A stretch of 64,000 nucleotides of DNA, taken from IMG/VR virus record IMGVR_UViG_3300045988_147927, positions 138,995 to 202,994 of that record, one strand, 5' to 3'. The notes below the pieces were generated by a model. It was not told the origin of the DNA and ran no database searches. It saw only the letters and a program-made list of their open reading frames with translations. Below are positions 45,481 through 52,399 of the stretch, one piece after another (position 1 is the first letter of the stretch; each line of letters begins with the position of its first letter). This DNA is from a virus. The translations under genes were made by a program, and so were the position numbers.

Positions 45481-47310
45481 ATGAATAAGAAAACAATGTT
45501 AACAGCTTTAATTATTTCATCTATGGCAATGAGTGTAGGTGCTGTAGATAATGTTGCTGGTACAGGTAATGGTATCGCTTATGGTAGTGGTAGTCATGCA
45601 CCTAAAGTAGAAAATATTGCTATTGGTGGTAATGCATCTATCAGCTATTCCAATGGTAATAGTAATGCTACAGGTGATATTGTAGTTGGTAAAGATGCTA
45701 ATATCAATAACTATGCTAGTCAAGGTGGTAGTGTTGCTATTGGTAAAAATGCTAAAGTAGAGAATATGGCAGGTGGTCAGGAGGCAAGTTTTGCTTTTGG
45801 ACAAACTTCATATAGTGGTGGTATGTTTTCATCTTCACGTATTCCAGCAGACCCAACAAAGGTAGTAGGAAGTGTGGTTGTTGGTGATAATACGTTTGCT
45901 CGTACTGGTTCTACTATGGTTGGTTCACACAATTATAAAGGTGAGTTAGGTGATACTACAGTTGATACTGCCACTACTCGTAAAGATAATTTAGGTGTGT
46001 ATGCTACTACTATTGGTGCTAATAGTTTTAGTAATGGTGCTTTTATTACTAATACTGGTACATATAACATTGTGTCTAGTGATTATAAAGGTGGTCGCTC
46101 AGATGATATGTTTGGTATCTCTATTAAGAATATGGGCGCTACTGTAAATGGTTCATTCAATAGTATTGAGTCTAAGACTGCTGATGGGTATGGTGCAGGT
46201 ATTGCTAATACTGTAACAGGTGTTGCCAATCGTACTTTCAATACGAATGGTACTTTAGTGTATGGTGCAGGTAATGTGGTAACTAATTCGATTGGTTCAT
46301 TAAGTGGATTCCCTACAAGTGGTGGTAATTCTGCTAAGGATTTTTCTAATAGATTACGTGATGGTGTAAGGAGTTCTCATGGTGCTGGTGCTACTATGGT
46401 TTTTGGTGGTGGTAATGTCGCTGATTATACAAAACGTACCTCTATTATTGGTGTTAATAATGTAGTGGCTGGTGATAGTACACATAGTAGTGAAGATAAT
46501 TTTGTAGTTGGTTATCAAAATACAGGTGTTAGTTTGAATGGTACTACTGTTATTGGTTCTAATCGTTCTGTAGCTAATACCAATAATACTGTAATTATTG
46601 GTAATGTGGTAGATAGTACAGGTTCTATTACTGCAAGTAATGCTGTAGCTATTGGTACTGATACTAATGTTTTGTTTGATGGTGGTGTGGCTTTAGGTTC
46701 TAAATCATATTCTAATCGTAGTGCTAATGAAAATGGTGGGTATGATGTAGTTACTAAGATGTCATCTAGTGATACTTCTAGTGTATGGAAACCTACAGAT
46801 AGTGCTGTTTCAGTAGGTAATGGTGTTGAAGTAACTCGTAGAATTACTTCTGTTGCCGCTGGTTTAGAAGATACAGATGCTGTTAATGTGGCTCAATTAA
46901 AGCGTGTTGTTGATATTGTTGGTGATAATTCATTACAAGAATCAAAATCTTACACTGATAAAGAAGTAGGTAAAGTAGGGGCATCATCTAATGCATTGGC
47001 AGGGTTAAAATTCCTAGATTATAACCCTAATGATAAGTGGTCTTTTGCCACAAGTTTAGGTCATTATCAAGGTTCTAGTGCAGTAGCTTTGGGTGTTGCA
47101 TATCAACCTAATGCGAATGTCATGTTACATGGTGGTGTAGTGCTAGATGGAAAATCATCTTATAATATTGGTGCTAGTTTTAAAGTTGGTAATGGTGGCA
47201 ATAAGGTTGTAGATACAAATGCCTATGGTATGATTAAAAAACTACAGGAAGATAATGAACAGTTGCGAAAAGAATTAGAAGATATTAAGTTCATGTTAAA
47301 TAATAAGTAG
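45481..47310 (+). CDS. Trimeric autotransporter adhesin (YadA-like) with signal peptide, head repeats, neck/stalk, beta-barrel anchor and a short coiled-coil tail
   Basis: MNKKTMLTALIISSMAMSVGA signal peptide. Many G.NA.A.G-type head repeats. AVSVGNG...RRITSVAAGLEDTDAVNVAQLK neck motif. C-terminus ALAGLKFLDY...WSFATSLGHYQGSSAVALGVAYQPNANVMLHGGV...YNIGASFKVG anchor. About 40 extra residues follow (LQEDNEQLRKELEDIKFML). Confidence 0.85.
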   Translation: MNKKTMLTALIISSMAMSVGAVDNVAGTGNGIAYGSGSHAPKVENIAIGGNASISYSNGNSNATGDIVVGKDANINNYASQGGSVAIGKNAKVENMAGGQEASFAFGQTSYSGGMFSSSRIPADPTKVVGSVVVGDNTFARTGSTMVGSHNYKGELGDTTVDTATTRKDNLGVYATTIGANSFSNGAFITNTGTYNIVSSDYKGGRSDDMFGISIKNMGATVNGSFNSIESKTADGYGAGIANTVTGVANRTFNTNGTLVYGAGNVVTNSIGSLSGFPTSGGNSAKDFSNRLRDGVRSSHGAGATMVFGGGNVADYTKRTSIIGVNNVVAGDSTHSSEDNFVVGYQNTGVSLNGTTVIGSNRSVANTNNTVIIGNVVDSTGSITASNAVAIGTDTNVLFDGGVALGSKSYSNRSANENGGYDVVTKMSSSDTSSVWKPTDSAVSVGNGVEVTRRITSVAAGLEDTDAVNVAQLKRVVDIVGDNSLQESKSYTDKEVGKVGASSNALAGLKFLDYNPNDKWSFATSLGHYQGSSAVALGVAYQPNANVMLHGGVVLDGKSSYNIGASFKVGNGGNKVVDTNAYGMIKKLQEDNEQLRKELEDIKFMLNNK

Positions 47311-47320
47311 TTGATTTTTT

Positions 47321-47364
47321 ATATTGGTGAGGTATATACTTTTCGTATCTCACCAATATTTTTG
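47321..47364 (+). terminator. Rho-independent terminator after the adhesin gene
   Basis: atattggtgag...ctcaccaatat stem followed by TTTTT. Confidence 0.8.
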
Positions 47365-47382
47365 TATGAGGAGATTTTGATT

Positions 47383-47883
47383 ATGCATTATACAACTTTT
47401 GCTAGTACTTGTGATAATTTAGGTGTTGTTGCTCATATTACTGATTTTAACGATAAATCAGATGTTATCGAACAGATTAATCATTATAGATGGGATTCTC
47501 AAATTATTAAAGAGAGTGATGATGAGATTGTAGCACTCATATATTTAAGGGTTGGTATCGGTAAAAATTTTCAATCAATCTCTAAAAAACTTGGATGTAT
47601 GGTACAGGTTAATCCTTATAGTGTGGTGTATGGGTTAGGTGCAGTTACAACCTATAAGGATGGTAATATCATTAATTATTATGATGATGTTGATGAGAGA
47701 TATGAGTGGTGGCTCACATGGGGCGATAAGGATACACTTATGGGGTTTGGGTTTATTGACCTAGATGAGGGTGATAGTCCTTTTGCATTAATGGATAATG
47801 AGTTAATTGGTTATGAGTTTACAGATGAAGAAGTAGAGTTATTTACTGATAGACTTAATAGTGGATATAATTGTGGTTTTTGA
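47383..47883 (+). CDS. hypothetical protein
   Basis: ATG 47383 follows GAGGAG. The upstream part of ORF 47311.. covers the terminator and is unlikely to be coding. Confidence 0.6.
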   Translation: MHYTTFASTCDNLGVVAHITDFNDKSDVIEQINHYRWDSQIIKESDDEIVALIYLRVGIGKNFQSISKKLGCMVQVNPYSVVYGLGAVTTYKDGNIINYYDDVDERYEWWLTWGDKDTLMGFGFIDLDEGDSPFALMDNELIGYEFTDEEVELFTDRLNSGYNCGF

Positions 47884-47901
47884 GTTTGAGGTGTTATTAA
47901 A

Positions 47902-48159
47902 TTGAATATCAATGTTACAGTAAGCAAGTCTGTGTTTAAAGTAGGTGTAGTTTTAAAGTGTTTGTGGATGTGTATAAAAACTTTACCTAAAAGTGGATAC
48001 TATGGGTGGATGAAATGTATGTCAGAGTATTTGTGCTACAATGGTTTAATAGGTGGTAAAGATATGCTTTCTCTTATTGATGATTGTCATCAACATGGAA
48101 AATTAAATTACTATGAGTATAAAGATTTACGTAAGTTAGTTATTGAAAAATATTTATAG
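47902..48159 (+). CDS. hypothetical protein
   Basis: 85-aa ORF. TTG start after TGAGGTG. Confidence 0.5.
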   Translation: MNINVTVSKSVFKVGVVLKCLWMCIKTLPKSGYYGWMKCMSEYLCYNGLIGGKDMLSLIDDCHQHGKLNYYEYKDLRKLVIEKYL

Positions 48160-48168
48160 GTGTGAGAT

Positions 48169-49530
48169 ATGTATATAATCTGTAGATTTACTAATACTGA
48201 AGGAATAGAAAATTTTAATAAGGTTAATGCTGATAGAGGTATTTATATTCATTCAGATATGGTTGAATATAACCTAGATACTGGTGTTTATAGATGTAGT
48301 GGATTAAATGCCTATAATACTGTTGACACTTCGTCTGATGAAAGGTATGACTATTGGCTAGGTATGCCTAGATTTGTTAATAATAAAGTAAGATATGTTG
48401 CAACTATAAAATTTACAACAAAAAATTTAGGGATTGAAGAGCTTGAAAAGATATTTTCTCAGAAAATATCTCCAAAGACTAAGAGTCTTAAATATCCTAA
48501 ACAAGATGTTTTTGCAAACCGTTATTTGAGAGTTGTTGGTGGTGATAATCCGAGTTATCCAGTATACGTTGTTTCAAAAGGCAGATATGAAAAGACTTTA
48601 GCAAAGACTGTTAGAGTTTTGAATAGGATGAATGTTCCTCATTTTGTTGTTGTTGAACCTGATGAAGTTGGTTTGTATAGAGAGTCATTCAATGCTCTTG
48701 GGTATACTTATAGTACTATACTTGAGCTAGATATGTCTTATAAAGACAATTATGCTACTCTTGATGATAGAGGTAATACTATTGGTAAAGGTCCTGGTGG
48801 TGCTAGGAACTTTTGCTGGGATGATTCTATTAAGAGAGGGTTTTCTTATCACTGGGTTTTAGATGATAATATTGAGTGGTTTAGGTATTTTACAGATAAT
48901 TTTCAAAGAAAAACTCTTAGTGGTGTTTGTTTTAAAGCAGCTGAGGATTTTATCACTAGATTTAAGAATGTAGCAATGGGTTCTCTTAATTATAGTATGT
49001 TTTTAGATGCTAGAAATACTGCATATCCATATATAAAAAATACTAGAATGTATTCTATTATTTTCATTAGGAATGATATACCTTATAGGTGGAGAGGTAG
49101 GTATAATGAAGATACTATAATATCTTTGGATTGTTTGTCAGATGGTTGGTGTACTATTCAGATGTGTGCTTTTACTGCTGACAAGTTAGCTACACAACGT
49201 ATAGGTGGTGGCAACTCATATATGTTTTATTTCAAAGAAGGTACTGATAATAAATCTCAAATGTTAGTTGATGTTTATCCTCAATATGCTCAAAAGGTTT
49301 TTAAGTTTAACAGAATACATCATTATGTTGACTATAGTATCTTTAATGGTAGGCTTGAATATAAAGATGATTTTGATATATCTAAGTTATCTAAGGTTGA
49401 TAATTATGGTATGAAGATGGTAAAAATACCTAAAGAGTGGGATTACACTGAAAAAGATTCAAGGGAATACATAGAATCTCATATTGATGAGTGTGAAGTT
49501 GTTGATATGTTTGAAGGATTTAGTGTTTGA
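48169..49530 (+). CDS. Two-domain protein; C-terminal part glycosyltransferase-like (GT-A-type DDN motif)
   Basis: YPVYVVSKGRYEKTLAKTVRVLNRMNVPHFVVVEPDE...GPGGARNFCWDDS...YHWVLDDNI resembles GT-A / TET-JBP-associated glycosyltransferase layouts (recalled, weak). Confidence 0.35.
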   Translation: MYIICRFTNTEGIENFNKVNADRGIYIHSDMVEYNLDTGVYRCSGLNAYNTVDTSSDERYDYWLGMPRFVNNKVRYVATIKFTTKNLGIEELEKIFSQKISPKTKSLKYPKQDVFANRYLRVVGGDNPSYPVYVVSKGRYEKTLAKTVRVLNRMNVPHFVVVEPDEVGLYRESFNALGYTYSTILELDMSYKDNYATLDDRGNTIGKGPGGARNFCWDDSIKRGFSYHWVLDDNIEWFRYFTDNFQRKTLSGVCFKAAEDFITRFKNVAMGSLNYSMFLDARNTAYPYIKNTRMYSIIFIRNDIPYRWRGRYNEDTIISLDCLSDGWCTIQMCAFTADKLATQRIGGGNSYMFYFKEGTDNKSQMLVDVYPQYAQKVFKFNRIHHYVDYSIFNGRLEYKDDFDISKLSKVDNYGMKMVKIPKEWDYTEKDSREYIESHIDECEVVDMFEGFSV

Positions 49531-49573
49531 TTTGTTTACATAACTTTACAATTTGATATATAGTGTGTTATAA

Positions 49574-49606
49574 TAACCTTGTAAATATTACAAGGTTATT
49601 TTTTTT
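49574..49606 (+). terminator. Rho-independent terminator
   Basis: taaccttgta / tacaaggtta stem followed by T8. Confidence 0.85.
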
Positions 49607-49621
49607 ATGTGAGGTGCTATT

Positions 49622-50164
49622 ATGTCAGATTCTAGACTTGGTTTTTACAAAATACTTGGTAACATTGATGGTAATGATACAATACTTATGTCTTTAGCAA
49701 AAGTAAAATATACTAAAGATGAAAATACATATTTAATGTTAAAGAAGGATACTTTATATGAGGAGTTGTTGTTTGATTTATCAGACTCATATGATGTTTT
49801 AGAAATTTCAGAGATTGAGTATTATGGTGATTTAGATAAAGAATTTAAATTAGAAGTTTCTAATTATTTTGGTTCTGCATCATCAACATATATTTCTATT
49901 GGTAGTGTACATAGAAGGTTAATTGGCAAATCTTTCGATGTTACCTTTAATAGTGGGTATCACAGTATATACTTTGAATTTTTAGATTATAATAATGTTA
50001 AAATTCATTATCGTAAATTACATTTAGATGTTAATTATGGAGATACTGAGATAGGTTTGGATGATTTAGAAATTATTTTAAGAGCCATTAGGTTATTTAA
50101 CATGGGTATACGTAAAGAAGTTTCTAGTGATAGTATTAGAAGAGCTTTTCATAATGAGGGATAA
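49622..50164 (+). CDS. hypothetical protein
   Basis: 180-aa ORF. RBS GTGAGGTG. Confidence 0.6.
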   Translation: MSDSRLGFYKILGNIDGNDTILMSLAKVKYTKDENTYLMLKKDTLYEELLFDLSDSYDVLEISEIEYYGDLDKEFKLEVSNYFGSASSTYISIGSVHRRLIGKSFDVTFNSGYHSIYFEFLDYNNVKIHYRKLHLDVNYGDTEIGLDDLEIILRAIRLFNMGIRKEVSSDSIRRAFHNEG

Positions 50165-50165
50165 A

Positions 50166-51068
50166 ATGATTCATTATAGGAATGGTAATGCAGATATAAC
50201 ATTATATGATGATGGTACTAGGATTATTGAGACTGATGATAGTATTCTCAGATTAGATACGCCTCTTAACATTGATATAAGGGTATCTAAAAGATGTCCT
50301 TATGGATATAATGCTGACACAGGTGTTAGTGTTTGTAGTTTTTGTCATGAATCAGCTACTACAGATGGTGATGTGTGTGATTATGATAAATTGTTAGATG
50401 TTATCATGGCTGCTGATTTACCAAAAGGTACTGAGTTGGCAATAGGTGCAAATCAAATATCTGATGATTTTATAGAGTTTGTTAAGGATTTGTATAATCT
50501 AGGTTTTATAGTTAATGTAACTGTTAATGAGAGATATATTGCAGATGGTGGTGATAGGCATCTTAAAAAGGTTATGCAGTATATCAAGGGGTTAGGTATT
50601 AGTTTTCGTACATTAGATGGTAGTATGGGTTTACCTGAATGGATATCAGATTATAGTAATACTGTTGTTCATGTGATATGTGGTATTGATAGTCTTAGGG
50701 ATGTGTGTAAGTTGCATAAAAAATATCGTAAAGTACTTGTTCTAGGTGAGAAAGATTTTGGGTTTAATGCTAATAAAGTAGACCTAACTTCTAATTCTCA
50801 TATTGAATGGGATACACATATTATGAAATTGACTAAGTTGTTTGATATAGTTTCTTTTGATAATTTAGCTTTAGAGCAGTTACACATTAAAGATAAAATC
50901 TCTAAAGAGGAGTATCAGGCTTTTTATCAAGGTGAGCATTCAATGTATATTAATGCTGTTGATGAGTATTTTGCACCTAGTAGTAGAATAATGGATGTTA
51001 TTAAGAAGTTTGATGAGATTAGTTTACGTGAATATTTTAAAATGAAGGAGAACATGATATGCGATTAG
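50166..51068 (+). CDS. Cys-cluster protein, possible non-canonical radical-SAM / Fe-S TIM-barrel enzyme
   Basis: IDIRVSKRCPYGYNADTGVSVCSFCHESATTDG (C-x12-C-x2-C following a beta-strand, reminiscent of variant QueE-type clusters). Alternating beta/alpha pattern downstream. ATG 50166 follows TGAGGGA. Confidence 0.25.
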   Translation: MIHYRNGNADITLYDDGTRIIETDDSILRLDTPLNIDIRVSKRCPYGYNADTGVSVCSFCHESATTDGDVCDYDKLLDVIMAADLPKGTELAIGANQISDDFIEFVKDLYNLGFIVNVTVNERYIADGGDRHLKKVMQYIKGLGISFRTLDGSMGLPEWISDYSNTVVHVICGIDSLRDVCKLHKKYRKVLVLGEKDFGFNANKVDLTSNSHIEWDTHIMKLTKLFDIVSFDNLALEQLHIKDKISKEEYQAFYQGEHSMYINAVDEYFAPSSRIMDVIKKFDEISLREYFKMKENMICD

Positions 51069-51847
51069 TTAGAAATGGTGTATTTGAGACAAATAGTTCT
51101 TCTGCCCATTCTTTGGCTTATAAGAATACAGTCTTGCGTGATTATGATTATAAACCAAGCAAAGATTTGTGTTTATCTATTAAGGAATTGAGGCTAACAG
51201 AAAAACCAAAGGAATATGAAATGTATTCATATATGCCGTTATATTTTGATGAGTATGGATGGGGGTTCGATATATTGACTTCCCCAGCAGAAAAGTTAAG
51301 TTATTTAATGTCATCTGTTTATCCGTATAAAACTTGGGGAATTGTTAAAGAAGACCAATTTTTCAAGCAAGTGATTCAATGGTTAAGTGAATTGGATATT
51401 GTGGTAGAATTGCCAGAGGAATATGGTGAATCTTCTGAAGTTGATGCCTATGTTGACCATCAATCTTGGAATGTCGTTACAAAGGATATGTTTCAAACAA
51501 AAGAAGATTTGTTGACATATCTATTTAATAACGACATTGTAATCTATATTGAAAATGATAATTCTGATGTCATGCAAAACTGGGTTGATACACCAAAAGA
51601 AGAAATTGATTATCGTCAAGCAATGTATTGGTGTGTTTCACAAAGTAAATGTGTAAGACGAAAATCTTGGGATGATGGTGTGTATTTGATTTATGATGTT
51701 GTAGAGGATGATGAAAATCATTATAGATTGGATTATTTATTGGTAGACAACAAAATTAAAACCAATTATAAACCGACTGAAGATGATAAAAATGCAAATG
51801 ACTGGACAGTTGCTTTGGAGGTATCTAAATATGAAATTAATTCGTAA
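51059..51847 (+). CDS. Unknown putative metalloenzyme domain (FETNSSSAHS family) fused to a C-terminal DUF2829/Tad2-like domain
   Basis: N-terminal domain motifs NGVFETNSSSAHS, FDEYGWGFD, YVDHQS, DIVIYIENDN. C-terminal 75 aa, IDYRQAMYWCVSQSKCVRRKSWDDGVYLIY...NYKPTEDDKNANDWTVA, fit the DUF2829 pattern (..A...l..G..vrR..W......, W.P...D..A.DW.v). Confidence 0.5.
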   Translation: MRLVRNGVFETNSSSAHSLAYKNTVLRDYDYKPSKDLCLSIKELRLTEKPKEYEMYSYMPLYFDEYGWGFDILTSPAEKLSYLMSSVYPYKTWGIVKEDQFFKQVIQWLSELDIVVELPEEYGESSEVDAYVDHQSWNVVTKDMFQTKEDLLTYLFNNDIVIYIENDNSDVMQNWVDTPKEEIDYRQAMYWCVSQSKCVRRKSWDDGVYLIYDVVEDDENHYRLDYLLVDNKIKTNYKPTEDDKNANDWTVALEVSKYEINS

Positions 51848-52379
51848 TGGTGTGTTTGAAACAAATTCTAGTTCCGCACATTCTTTAGCTTATAAGAATG
51901 AAGATGTTTTACGAGGTGTTTATGAAAGTAATGGTGTTAAAGATTTTAAAGATGGTAGATATAGACTAACTGAAATACCTGAAAAGTATAAGAATTATGT
52001 ATTACACCCTAGATTTGATGAGTATGGGTGGGGATTTGACATATTAGAAACACCTGATGAAAAATTAAGTTATATCTTAACTAATGAGTATGAAGATGTA
52101 AAATCTTTACAGAAGGTATATAATGGTAAGTTTTTTGTAACTATTGTTAAGTGGTTGCAAGAGTTTGGTATAAATGTTAGCATTAAAAAATTACAATTAG
52201 ATGAGTGGGGATACGTTGATGGGTATATTGACCATGAGAGTAAATTTGTAATTCCAAAGGATATTTTTCATGATAAAGAGGATTTAATCACTTATCTGTT
52301 CAATGATGATATTGTTGTGTACATTGAGAATGATAATGAAGAGTGTATGCAGTGGCTAAAGAAGAGTAATAAAAAGTGA
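51831..52379 (+). CDS. Paralogue of the FETNSSSAHS-family domain (no Tad2-like extension)
   Basis: MKLIRNGVFETNSSSAHSLAYKN, FDEYGWGFD, YIDHES, DIVVYIENDN. ATG follows GGAGG and overlaps the upstream gene by 17 nt. Confidence 0.6.
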   Translation: MKLIRNGVFETNSSSAHSLAYKNEDVLRGVYESNGVKDFKDGRYRLTEIPEKYKNYVLHPRFDEYGWGFDILETPDEKLSYILTNEYEDVKSLQKVYNGKFFVTIVKWLQEFGINVSIKKLQLDEWGYVDGYIDHESKFVIPKDIFHDKEDLITYLFNDDIVVYIENDNEECMQWLKKSNKK

Positions 52380-52399
52380 TTAAATATGGAGGTTAAATT

